Assembly: GCF_001194135.2 (NCBI RefSeq)
Contig: NC_068985.1
Coordinates: 6,307,362 to 6,361,178, forward strand
DNA: 53,817 bases
Origin: Octopus bimaculoides
Lineage: Eukaryota
Direction: 5' to 3'
Shown here piece after piece: positions 25,127-37,395 of the stretch. The translations under genes and the position numbers were made by a program. The stretch's first letter is position 1. Every line of letters starts with the position of its first letter. The notes beneath the pieces were generated by a model that saw nothing but the letters and a program-made list of their open reading frames with translations, was not told where the DNA came from and did no database searches.

Positions 25127-25341
25127 GGCGGCCCAGGAGCTGGGTTTCAGTTGTCGCGTGAATAAATTGTTATCGACATTTTTTTTACTCATTACGTTCT
25201 AAGTATGAATTCCGCCGAGTCTTGCTTCGCTTTCCTCGTTTCAGTGTCGATATCATATGTACCAGTTGAATACTGGGGTCCGTGTAATGGAAATACCTTT
25301 TTTCCCTTACAGTTACTTCCCTTAGCCAAAATTTGAAACCA
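25127..25341 (+). mobile_element. Diverged family A SINE
   Basis: TACGTTCTAAGTATGAATTCCGCCGAG...GTACCAGTTGAATACTGGGGTC...GCCAAAATTTGAAACC. Confidence 0.75.
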
Positions 25342-26581
25342 TTATAATAGATACTTCAACCTGGCTGGACAGAATTAATTGGTATTACTATAATTAAACA
25401 TAAATTAATATTTTTTTCCTAAAATAAACAACATACAAAATATGAAAATCGCTTCTGGGGAAAAACAGAATTCTCTCATTCTATTCACAACAGCAGATTG
25501 CGACTAAAATTTATGTTTTGGGGTATCAACCAATATAATTTTGCCGATAAGATTGTATTTGAAATACCAAGCATTCAAAATAAAAATAGACGCCGTTTCT
25601 CCTACTCGCAACACGTTCTAGCGTTCATTCAAACATTATTGATGACTTTCGATTAAGTTACACACGTAACTTGTGAATCGTCAACGTGTCTTTAGTTATG
25701 CAAATTATGTACACTATCAGCGTTAAAATGAAGTCACTGTACGATGAAAGAAACATTTGTTTTCAGTGTTACTGTCGATCGTCAATGAGATTAGAGGCAA
25801 ACATTTTAATTTGAATCAGGAAAGACAAGAAAACACTTAAAGCGGTATAACTTAAAAGATTAGTCGGCGTCAGCCATTCTCTCTGCTATCTGTCAGCGTT
25901 TTTTCACTTTATTGGCATTATGTTTTTATCTCATGTAATACAAGTAGAATGCTAGGATTACGCACCCGCAAGAAAGATTTAGGTACAGGTTTATGCTTAA
26001 GTAAAATTCCATCCAGACGAAACTCATTAGCGACTATTGAAATTTTGATAGATTTTTTTTCATATCTCCCCATTGGGTTTTCCAAGTAAAACGAACCAGA
26101 CAAACAGATTAAATCCAATACTCATAATTTTGGTTTTTATCAATAATAAAATGCAATAGAACATATATTTTGAAATGTAGAAGAATTGAGGGTTGCTTCG
26201 GTTTTCTTTTTTCCTGAAAATATATTTCTTCGGTGTAAATCGATTCCATGAAGTAAGAATTCGTTTTGAATCTTTCACCATTAGTCGATTCTATCCATTT
26301 TATGCAAAACGGCGACAACATGTGTTTTGTTCATGCCTAGTGTTATCGGTTGCAGCGATACGTTGGAAAGAAAAGCAATTTGCACGGAAGCGAAATTCGA
26401 ATCCGGAAAATTAGAAAAAAAACGTCTGTTTACAGTTTATAATAAATGTACACAAAATGCGATATCTTAATTTGATGAATCGAGTGGAGGATACACACCT
26501 GCGTGCGTGAGTACCGTCACACTAATACACCTGCTTGTTGTTTATACACCTATCCCCGTCTTTTATTTTTCTGTAAGTTTC

Positions 26582-26617
<36 letters not shown>

Positions 26618-27051
26618 NNNNNNNNNNNNNNNNNNNNNNNNNNNNNNNNNNNNNNNNNNNNNNNNNNNNNNNNNNNNNNNNNNNNNNNNNNNNNNNNNNN
26701 NNNNNNNNNNNNNNNNNNNNNNNNNNNNNNNNNNNNNNNNNNNNNNNNNNNNNNNNNNNNNNNNNNNNNNNNNNNNNNNNNNNNNNNNNNNNNNNNNNNN
26801 NNNNNNNNNNNNNNNNNNNNNNNNNNNNNNNNNNNNNNNNNNNNNNNNNNNNNNNNNNNNNNNNNNNNNNNNNNNNNNNNNNNNNNNNNNNNNNNNNNNN
26901 NNNNNNNNNNNNNNNNNNNNNNNNNNNNNNNNNNNNNNNNNNNNNNNNNNNNNNNNNNNNNNNNNNNNNNNNNNNNNNNNNNNNNNNNNNNNNNNNNNNN
27001 NNNNNNNNNNNNNNNNNNNNNNNNNNNNNNNNNNNNNNNNNNNNNNNNNNN
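26618..27051. other. Assembly gap
   Basis: Run of N flanked by (TA)n. Confidence 1.
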
Positions 27052-27074
27052 TATATATATATATATATATTCTT

Positions 27075-27330
27075 TTGCATGTTTCGGTGACTTGACTGCG
27101 ACTATGCCGGAGCACCGCCTTTAGTCGAGCGAGTCGACCCCAAGATTTATTCTTTGTAAGCCTATTACTTAATCTATCGGCCTCTTTTCCAAACCGCTAA
27201 GTACGGAAAGGTGAACACACCAGCATCTTGCTGTCAAGCGATGCTGGGGTAACAAACACAGACACACAAATACATAAATACATACATACATACCTATATA
27301 TATACATGCATACATAATATACATACATGC
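27075..27330 (-). mobile_element. Family B SINE, 3' part
   Basis: GACTGCGACTATGCCGGAGCACCGCCTTTAGTCGAGC...AACACACCAGCATC...ACAAACACAGACAC. Confidence 0.85.
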
Positions 27331-28283
27331 GTATATATCTTTCAAACACAGAATGTGACATTAAATACAAAATATTCAGGTTCTTGTGAAACATGCCATC
27401 ATGAAATCAAGCGCATGAATACGACAGAAGGCCAAATTGTGCCGGAGGAAAAAAATATCGAGCTGTTTATTAAGCATTTAAGCAATATAAATGCAGCATG
27501 CAAAACTTATGATGTACTTAAATACAAGCGTTCATTCGTAAGATCATATATAAATTTTGTGTAACCACCATCTTATCTTAATCGTATAATGAACTCATTA
27601 CAAGTGTCAAAAGAAAGACTGAATTCACTGAGATAAATTACACACAATAATGTACAACACCGTTTTATTTAGATCAATCCAGATACATGAAGTTCTTCAT
27701 TAGTTTCAGGATAGAAATACCAGCTACTTGCCTATAAATTTCAGCTGTGATTTAACAAGTCGCATTTCTGAAAGTTGCAGAACTACAATTATTGATATTG
27801 CTCCTTCTGCAACTTTTCTTCGAAACATAACCACACCCAGCCTCACATAATTAACGCACATCTTTATTTTTGTACCTCTTTCGATATCAATACAAAGGCT
27901 ATAAACTGTTGCTTGGTAATGTTCACCTACACAAAAATTAACCGTTCGTGTTACGCTCTGTTGTAAAACATTCACACGTATGTGTATATTATGATACTGC
28001 AGAATGTATATTTTGGAGGATATCCTAAAACTCCTGTGACATCAGAGACTCTCTAACGCAGGGCTGGAAGCAAATAAGGAGTCACGGGTCACTGAAAAGT
28101 TTGCGAAGAACTTTGATGGACAAACAACAACCGATTGATTGTTTAACCAAAACGTTACACAAAGGATAGATTAGTTATTTGGTTAGATATTTAACCAACT
28201 GACTAACAATAAAGGAGCGGAATTGAACCTGTGCGTGTGTTATTAGTATTGGCTCTCCTACGAAACAACAAAATTGTAATGCA

Positions 28284-28818
28284 CGAGGGAGTGTTAAAAA
28301 GTAATACTATTTTGATTAGGACAAGTATAATTACCAAGACGGGAACATGTATCATACATCAAAATGAAACTGGTCCTCTGTGGATCACATCCCTACGTCT
28401 CAACATATTCACCGTTTCTGTCAAAAGCAATGTTCCACCTTCGAATGAGAGCATGTATCCCTGCTCCGTAAAATTCTGTTGACAGTACTTTGAGCCTCTT
28501 CTTCACTACAGTTTTCACATCCTCGTCACTGGAATAATATTTGCCTCTCAAACACTCTTTCATGGGGCCGAAGAGATGATAATCTAAGGCGCTAAATGAA
28601 GAAGTGGATCAAAGAACAGTCAACAGAATTTTACGGGGCAGGGATACATGCTCTCATTCGAAGGTGGAACATTGCTATTGAGAGAAACAGTGACTATGGT
28701 GAGAAGTAAGGATGTGATCCACAGAGGACCAGCTTAATTTTGATGTATGATACATGTTCCTGTGTTGGTAATTATACCTGTCCTAAAGAAAATGCCATTA
28801 CTTTTTGACTCACCCTCG
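28284..28818. mobile_element. Palindromic mariner derivative made of two inverted 3' ends
   Basis: Termini CGAGGGAGTGTTAAAAAGTAAT / ATTACTTTTTGACTCACCCTCG-TA. Left arm (-) encodes LDYHLFGPMKECLRGKYYSSDEDVK...GIHALIRRWNIAFDRNGEYVET*; right arm (+) encodes KKWIKEQSTEFYGAGIHALIRRWNIAIERNSDYGEK*. Junction at about 28590-28597. Confidence 0.9.
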
Positions 28819-29683
28819 TACCTTAAGTATAACATGTTAAATTTCCTTTTGTCACGATATGTGATTCTCGATAGGGAAAATCCAGCAACCTTTATACTTA
28901 CATGTCTTTGGACATGTATCGTCATATAAACAATACATGTTTGGCTTCATGTTATCTTTGACGGAAAGACGAAGATGTCGGCATAGAATGATATAAGTGG
29001 AATAGTCATCTAAACGATTTAAGAAAACGTAGGTTTGTATCATGTTTCCTGTTTTATCACTTCATGTTCTAAAAATGGTGATAAGTATGTTTTGAGTGGA
29101 ACTAATATTTCCAATATTTTCACATAAAGTTTTATATAAATTTTGCCAAATGTATATGTCCAGCATTTTATGCATGGACCTCTCTCTCTCTCTCTACATA
29201 GTTTCTGAAACACCCGATCGACATCCAAACTAAACATCAGCATGATCGTCAACACCAAAATATAGGACTCCTGCAAAGATGTTTATCCTCACTTTTCCAT
29301 TCAGACAGCAACAATGCAGCAAATTGTTTATCGGAATTATTATCTGAGTGAAAGATGCAAGCTATATTCTAAATATATCACCACACTAAACATATGTTGT
29401 AAGTATGTAAAACAGCAAATAAGATTCTAGGAAGTGATTTATTGTATATTGACTATTACACGAAGTAAAAACACTGATAAATCTAATTTGTTAGTATGTT
29501 TTCATTGTCGATATGTCAAATATTTCAAAATATTATCTTCAAATGAAATCTGCTTTTTTTTACTATATTGTATTGCTTCCATTGTTAAAGACTCTACATG
29601 ACACACTGGAGGCAAGTGGCACGCAGAAGTATTAAATGGTTTTGATAAAATTTCAAAGAGCCCACGGGAGGTGTACATGCATG

Positions 29684-29717
<34 letters not shown>

Positions 29718-29763
29718 TGTATGTATGTATGTATGTATGTATGCATGTATATATATATATATA

Positions 29764-30298
29764 NNNNNNNNNNNNNNNNNNNNNNNNNNNNNNNNNNNNN
29801 NNNNNNNNNNNNNNNNNNNNNNNNNNNNNNNNNNNNNNNNNNNNNNNNNNNNNNNNNNNNNNNNNNNNNNNNNNNNNNNNNNNNNNNNNNNNNNNNNNNN
29901 NNNNNNNNNNNNNNNNNNNNNNNNNNNNNNNNNNNNNNNNNNNNNNNNNNNNNNNNNNNNNNNNNNNNNNNNNNNNNNNNNNNNNNNNNNNNNNNNNNNN
30001 NNNNNNNNNNNNNNNNNNNNNNNNNNNNNNNNNNNNNNNNNNNNNNNNNNNNNNNNNNNNNNNNNNNNNNNNNNNNNNNNNNNNNNNNNNNNNNNNNNNN
30101 NNNNNNNNNNNNNNNNNNNNNNNNNNNNNNNNNNNNNNNNNNNNNNNNNNNNNNNNNNNNNNNNNNNNNNNNNNNNNNNNNNNNNNNNNNNNNNNNNNNN
30201 NNNNNNNNNNNNNNNNNNNNNNNNNNNNNNNNNNNNNNNNNNNNNNNNNNNNNNNNNNNNNNNNNNNNNNNNNNNNNNNNNNNNNNNNNNNNNNNNNN
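29764..30298. other. Assembly gap, preceded by (ATGT)n/(TA)n
   Basis: Run of N. Confidence 1.
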
Positions 30299-30530
30299 TT
30301 TTACTTGTTTCAGTCATTTGACTGCGGGCATGCTGGAGCACCACCTTTAGCCGAGCAAATCGACCCTAGGACTTATTCTTTGTAAGTCTAGTACTTATTC
30401 TATCGGTCTCTTTTGCCGAACCTCTAAGTTACGGGGACGTAAACACACGACCATCGGTTGTCCCCAGCGATGTTGGGAAGACAAACACAGATACACAAAC
30501 ATATACACACACATACATACATACATATAT
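30299..30530 (-). mobile_element. Family B SINE, 3' part
   Basis: TTTTACTTGTTTCAGTCATTTGACTGCGGGCATGCTGGAGCACC...CTAAGTTACGGGGACGTAAACAC. Confidence 0.9.
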
Positions 30531-31129
30531 ATATATACAAACATTTATATATATATATATATACAAACATTTATATATATATATATATATATTCAGGTGA
30601 ATACGGTGCTTAAGATTAGGCACCAGAAATAAGTATGGTATTATCCATACAGTTTCGAAATAAGGTGATTAAAATCAAAATAAGCAACAAGGATATCCAA
30701 ATTTAATGCAGTACGATCGTTTCATGCGACCTCATTTAATTAAGCAACGTGAACATTACATCAAATGTAAAATGCAGAGCAATCCTCAGCTGCACAAAGA
30801 TATAGAAATTTAATGAAATTACAGTTCAACGGAAGGACATAGTTTTATAACTACATTTAACACCCCAAGTAGAAAGGAAGAATACAAAAAAACATTTTGA
30901 CTTAGCCAGACCTTACAGGCTAGTAAATAATTCTATGCAGATTTTTAACTGTCACTAATTTTATTTGTTTTTTTCTTTTGTTTCTGATTTGTGGACCATG
31001 TTATCAGACCTAATGATTCAAAGCTTAAGAGGGCACTGGCATTTTCTTTGTAGGCAAATGGGTAAACAGTATAGACAGTAAATGTGGATGATATAGTTAT
31101 AAAATTTCATAGGGTTTACTGACAAACTA

Positions 31130-31529
31130 CTATGGGAGTGGTTTCTCGAATAGCAGGCTAGTTTTATAAACCGCTGTTGTTTGTAGCATAAGAGATCCCA
31201 TTTTCGGAAAACGTCCAGCTACGCTCAAGGGAATATCAGAAGGTATGATTTCAACTATAGAGTTCGGAAATTGTTCAGTTCGTCTAACAAGGAGCTCTAT
31301 TTCGTCTTTAACTTTTTCATTGTGATTTTCAATCGGTGTAGGTTGATGTGCATGTTCGGAAGGCGTTGTGCAAATTTCATCATCAATCGTTGTCAGTCTA
31401 CGATCTGTGCATCCCCAGTAAGTTTTTTTTCTTTTCTCGTTCTATTAATAATATAGGCGTACCGTTTGTATAGAAGCTTTCTACCTCCTTGTTCTGATTT
31501 GATGAACTCTATGATCGATACTTGCGCAT
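31130..31529 (-). pseudogene. Decayed FLYWCH-zinc-finger ORF, probably a Mutator/MULE-like transposase N-terminus
   Basis: Minus strand reads IEFIKSEQGGRKLLYKRYAYIINRTRKEK / (frameshift) TYWGCTDRRLTTIDDEICTTPSEHAHQP, fitting the FLYWCH pattern F..S.KG...L.Y.GY.Y......YW.C...H.H; downstream ...FPKMGSL...VYK....KPLP with stops and shifts. Confidence 0.65.
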
Positions 31530-32944
31530 GTTGGCTTATTGTCCAGTCAGCCGGTTTTCCAATCGGCGAATTGTCTGCACACGGATGTGCACAGTTAATA
31601 TTTCAAGGCATATGCTTCCCTGCAACTTTAAAGTCTATATATATTCCGATAAATATACCAATGAACATACGTATATGTAAATGCAGCTTTTAGTCCGATA
31701 TAAATCAATATCTGTCACTGTATTCAGGGCCTCGTAGGCAGGTATATGGGAAGAAGGAAGGTTTCCTTAAACTGATAATTAGTTCCAAATGTTTACATTA
31801 TTGTGCTAGGGTGTATGATTATGTTGTATATCAACGGAATATTGGAAATTTGAGCGCAAACTGAGCAAACAGCAACAATTGTATGGTTCTAACTAAGCAC
31901 TACATTCCATCGAGATATTTTCCTCGGGACCGAAAGAATGAAGGGCAACATCGTGCAGAGAGTAAAAATAATAATGCTAGGCTTTGTTTACGATAGTTTA
32001 TCGACTCTGTTATTACTCATCGATTTTTGTCGATGAATACTTAAAAGTCTCGTAGATGATTTTTCTGAAACGAAGCATTGCGATTTATTCCACCATGTCC
32101 TTCATAATTACTTATTCGATCTATCACAGTAAAAGTAATGAAGATCACCCGGGGCTTTGGAGTTGAATGCGACATAGAATAAGATAACTGCAACACAGAA
32201 GATAACACAAACTTTCATTGATGGTTGCAGTGATTCCACTTCCTATACGCTAATAATGCCCTTAAAATACATTAATGCCTCAACCAGAAATATCTATGTA
32301 CACGGCCTGTTTGCCTTCAAACGTATTTCATTATCCAAAATGTTTTGAAATAGTCGCAGTACAACATCAATTTTAGGTATATTAACACACGGAGATTATT
32401 TTAAAGATAGAAAATTAAGGTTTCATAACACGATTTATATATATTTTATCATTATATTCGAAAATAACAACGCGTGGATACTTTTCTCATTTTACGATCC
32501 TGTATTTTGCTAAATTCCTTTTCTATGTTTCTGTTATAAAACATTTATCTACAGGAATATGGTAACTTATTTATGGAATTGATGAAATTGAAAGAAACCA
32601 ATTGATTTTTTATAAGCTCTGAGGTTTTTCTCCGTAAACATCTTTAAAACTTTGTTACCATTATTGGAATGATCATTTTCGCAATAATAGCATGTACCCA
32701 CTTTATGTAATAACATAATTTATACGACGACAATGTTATCAAAATTTCATTTTTATTTCAGCCAATCTCATACATTTCAGATCACTTCTTTATGATTTAT
32801 TTACATAAATCCTATTTAGTTTTGTGACTTACTCAAATTTATATTCAAATCCGATCGCACTCTGAGTGGTTTGCAAATTATCTTAAATATTATAGTACAT
32901 TCGTAATTCAAAATACATGTATTTTTTAAATTTATTTATTTATT

Positions 32945-32990
32945 TGTGTTTCAGCCAAGTGGCTGCGGTCATGCTGGTGCACCACCCAGA
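32945..32990 (-). mobile_element. Family B SINE 3' fragment
   Basis: GTTTCAGCCAAGTGGCTGCGGTCATGCTGGTGCACCACC. Confidence 0.6.
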
Positions 32991-33983
32991 AAATAAAATT
33001 TGTAACAATGGGAGACAGAACCTATTACGTCAAAGTTTTACCTACGTAATATTATTCACGTGCATGCACTGATTAAGTATTAATTGTTTTCTGAGATCTT
33101 ATGATTAAATTCTTCATGGCTTGAAATTTTCACTCAATATTTCTGTGCTAAAATGCTGTCTTAAATCTATCGTACAAATTCCGATGGCAACGGAACACTT
33201 TCGAGCGAGAAGCTGGTATGTTTACTCAGTTCAAATCCAAAACACACAGCAACGCCATTATGATTCATACAAAAAGAATTTATTCACTGAAATGCAAATA
33301 TTATTATAATACAATTATGGCATATAAGCATCCTTACGAGCATGTTCCTAAGGTGTGTCCGTGTAATTGAATAAAGATAGGGTATTTTACTTGAACGTAT
33401 TCAATTCGTAATTTACTGTTCAAAGAAATGTGAATAATATGATTTCAGACGGACGAGAAATTCGTAAAATGGAAACAAAATCAGCAAAATAATAATGCAA
33501 TCAAACAGTGTATTTGTTTCGTCTCAATGGACTCCTATCAACTTTGAAATGTGATTAAGCAGGTAAAATTTTATAGTCGCAATTCCATGCAGGTCGTTTA
33601 ATTCCATTTAGATGTAGGTGTACATTTTAAATGTAATTTGAATGACTAATTTACTATTCACACTATTCATTTTCGTAGTTTCATTTACTAACGTTTCTTA
33701 GAAATACTCGTATATTTTGGTCAGCGGATAAGGCATATGTAATGCACACATTTTCCGAGGATTAGTATACATTCATGTCAACACTATTGCTTGTTGTACA
33801 AAGAATTGCATTGAGACAATACGTTTTTAGAAAGCAGAATTAGTGGTCCGCCGGAAAGATATTCTTAGCAGACAGTCATTAAAAAGGAAGCATAAGAAAG
33901 AAAATATAACAAATAAATACCTAGGAGACATACTAAAAATATGTGTATTATATAAACGATTTACTGGGACTTGTATACCCATG

Positions 33984-34036
<53 letters not shown>

Positions 34037-34037
34037 C

Positions 34038-34366
34038 TTGCTGTATTTGGAGATGGTCATGTTGCCAGTTTAGCCAATAAAAACACACGCACTATATATT
34101 TGATATTAATTTGCTTCAGCTTTATTTTATTTTTTACCATAATCGTATTTCTGCCAGGGTTATTTCGTCACACTTTTGTGATCTCATAAGAAAGAAAAGA
34201 GCAAAGGACCACTGATGAGGTCACAGAAGTGTGACGAAAGAACACTGGCCAAAATACGATTAATGTAAAAAAAAATATATAGACCTGAAGCAAATTAACA
34301 CCAAATATATAGTGCGTGTGTTTTTATCGGCTAAACTGGCAACATAACCATCCCCAAATACAACAA
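34038..34366. mobile_element. About 330-bp foldback element flanked by TA tracts, with a hammerhead-like core in each arm
   Basis: 34038-34190 is the reverse complement of 34212-34366. Right arm: CTGATGA-G-GTCACA-GAAG-TGTGAC-GAAA-GAACAC-TGG. Left arm (-): CTTATGA-G-ATCACA-AAAG-TGTGAC-GAAA-TAACCC-TGG. Confidence 0.8.
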
Positions 34367-37182
34367 TATATACATATATATTGACAAGGGATTAACCTCC
34401 CAACAGTAAGCGTGAGTGTCAGACCATCGATGATTGCGTATTGAATTAATCCTCATCAGTGACACCTTTTTGTAAGCTTAGTGGACTGAAGCGAAAGGAA
34501 GTGAAATAAGTCACCAGTACCTGGAATCGTAATTAATTTGTGACTAGCCACCTTGATAATTTATAATTTTCGCTTTACCATTTTGGTGAACCAGCCACAA
34601 ACCTCTATAGAATTTTCAATAAACTGGTCAATGTAACCGTAGGTAACGGAGTAAGCGTTCCTGATGAAGATTAATTCGATCCAAAATTATCGATAATCTG
34701 ACATTCTCGCTTGCTGTAGGGAGGTTGCCTCTCTTGTCAGACAATCGATAAGTGTTTTGTCCGTGGCTAAGTGTCGATCGATTCTCCCATGTGTTAATAT
34801 GTTCCACCTTGCGACAATGTATACATCCCGCTTGGATATTTGCACACCGTATTCTTATTTGATCTGCCTACCGTGAAATATACATATTTTCCCCCCGATT
34901 ATTGTACATCAAAACAAAAACAAAATTCCACAACCTTCCGTCTCAATAAACCACTATTTTTCCTGAAAGTGGCTTTTCATATTAGAAGCTAACTTCCCTC
35001 CAACACCTCGATCCTCGGGTCTTATATATATATATATTTGTAGTATAGCTAACATTATGTGTTATTGTATAGTTTCCGTTCTTGCCCTAAAATATTGTGT
35101 GACAGCTGAAAATTGAAAATATTGCTTTTCTTTAGGTTTTAATCAGGAATTCATACAACCGAATGGAAGACGTATTGGAAAGAGTAAACATATAAACGTA
35201 CCTAGAGTGCATGCAGGAGTCTTATATTGTTCTTATTGTCCCATATTTTCGGAAATAAATCAAATTACATTTATATTCTTTCCTTTTCATGACTGGTAAT
35301 ACAAGAAGATTCGCTTTCATACTTAACGGGTATTTTGTTTTTCTCTGATGCTTGAATTCTGAATCTAATTTCTTTCATGTTTTAAGAATTGAAAAATTAT
35401 TTTATTACTGCAAGAAAGTTTTCTTTTCTTTTTTTTTATTATTATACTTTCAATCATGGCGCCTACTCAAAACAATAATGCATCAACGGTTTAATGGCTG
35501 GTAGTTTGGGAAACACCTGCTGCGGAGCGAATTTTGTGCAAAAATACCCTGTTCAAAGTAACGTCTGTTAACGTGAAATCACCAAAATATATCATCAAAA
35601 GATGTGAATGGGTATACTTTGTTGTATAGCTGTCTGCATAGGAATTTTTGTTAGAAAGTGGTTGGTGTTGTCTTTGTAACTAAATATCGGCAAGAAATAA
35701 ACAAACATTTAGATCAATACTTCTGGCTTTTCATATTTGATATAGAAATTACACGTTATTTCATAGTTTTGAATAATGCTTAAGATCTTCAAATAAATTT
35801 AATACAACCGGTTATACGATAAACAAAAGATGTATAAATTTTCTGTTTTTGCTGCAGATCAAAGCAATTGCGTTTTATATCATTTAATTCGGAATTCTGA
35901 TATTGTTTTCGAAATACTTTTGTATTTTTAACTTAAATCAATTTAAGTATAACTACTATACCAAACGTTAACTCCAATATTGAGCTCATTTCATTGTAAA
36001 GTATGAAGTCTAAGAACGACTGTACTGTATAAATTATCTAATTACATCAAAACCAACTCGTGAAAACTACATCAAATTTCATTTCGTTTTATGCACTCTA
36101 TAATAAATACAGAGTTGACTTTTCTTAATATTTGTCAAATTGTTTAAATACTGAATTCTACCAAACGTCGTAAACGTCACCAAAATCTTGTAATTCAAGA
36201 ACACGTGAGAAGTATATATTATAATTAACATTCTTTTGATTTGCTAATTGATTTAATCATGATTAGGTTAAGAAGTTTGCTTCGCCACTACAGAATCTAT
36301 CCAACTTCACGGATCTTTCCATGTAAATATGCTTTACCATAATTGTGCAAATTTTTGATAATTTCTACAGAAGGCTGTGTCATTCATGTTCTTGGAATGT
36401 ACATTTATTCCGTCCGTTGACAGCTTTTTAAACAATCGTCTGGATTTCGCAGTGTATCAATGGCGTCAGTTTTCATTACAAACATTCAGCCCAAGCTGGC
36501 ATTCTAGAGATAAAATCCTAATTTCTATCCAATCGTTTCAGAATCGCCCTAAAAAACAAACTTTATGGATGTTGCAATTCCACTTCAGAATAATTCATTA
36601 CGTATTCTCATTATCCAATATTGAAATAACGGCTAATCGAAAATGAAAAAAACAGATTGGAGCACTGCTCAAACAACTGGAAAGTAGATGCTGTACCACA
36701 TATAGATATTCTTCAAAAACTCCATTATATACTCTATTTGGTTAACGTGCAGTGATACTAGTATCCCCAAATTTCACTGCGAGTACCTCATAAAGCACCG
36801 GCTTATCTTTGTGCATCTTTCTCGACTACTCCAATGGCTGTTTCAGTTTCACTACTCTGGCAGAGTTCTGCATCGTCCAGTAAATAATTCATTCGAAGAT
36901 AACCGGAACACTGTAGTTATATATGATTCTATTTAAACAGTAGAATGACGATGACATATGTAACTATTCTGTTAGAATGTTCATGTAGTATTTATGCTGC
37001 TATATTAATTTTCAAAAGATAACGTACAGATGACCCGTTGAATTCTTTTGCAGAGACTGTGGTGTTCTGTGGGAATACTAAACTTCGCACACACCCCGCC
37101 GTCATTTCATGTAATAGACATTGTTTGACATATGTTATTTCAGCTTAAAGCGTAAAAATACGCTTAATAATGAATCAATATT

Positions 37183-37395
37183 GGGCGTTGAACTGGCAGA
37201 ATCATTAGCACACCGGGTAAATGCTTAACGGCATTTTGTCCATCTGTACGTTCTGAGTTCAAATTCCGCCGAGGTCATCTTTGACTTACATCTCTTTGAA
37301 GTTGATAAAAGTAATCCCTGTTGAGTACTGGTGTCGATGTAATCAACATAGTTCCTCCACCGAAATTTCTGGTCTCGTGCCAAAGTTAGGAACCA
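37183..37395 (+). mobile_element. Family A SINE
   Basis: AACTGGCAGAATCATTAGCACACCGGG...GTTCTGAGTTCAAATTCCGCCGAGGTC. Confidence 0.85.

Noticed and set aside
26470-26585. TTGATGAATC...GATAC upstream of a TA-flanked repeat end, possible decayed hammerhead
   Set aside because: Core too degenerate and no pairable stems.
26503-27124. Long ORFs spanning N runs (also at 29.5-30.4 and 51.9-52.8 kb)
   Set aside because: Artefacts of assembly gaps.
34650-34720. CTGATGAAGAT...ATCGATAATC, a possible further hammerhead
   Set aside because: GAAA is absent (GATA), and no convincing stem III or NUH triplet; may be an ancient remnant but is not supportable.
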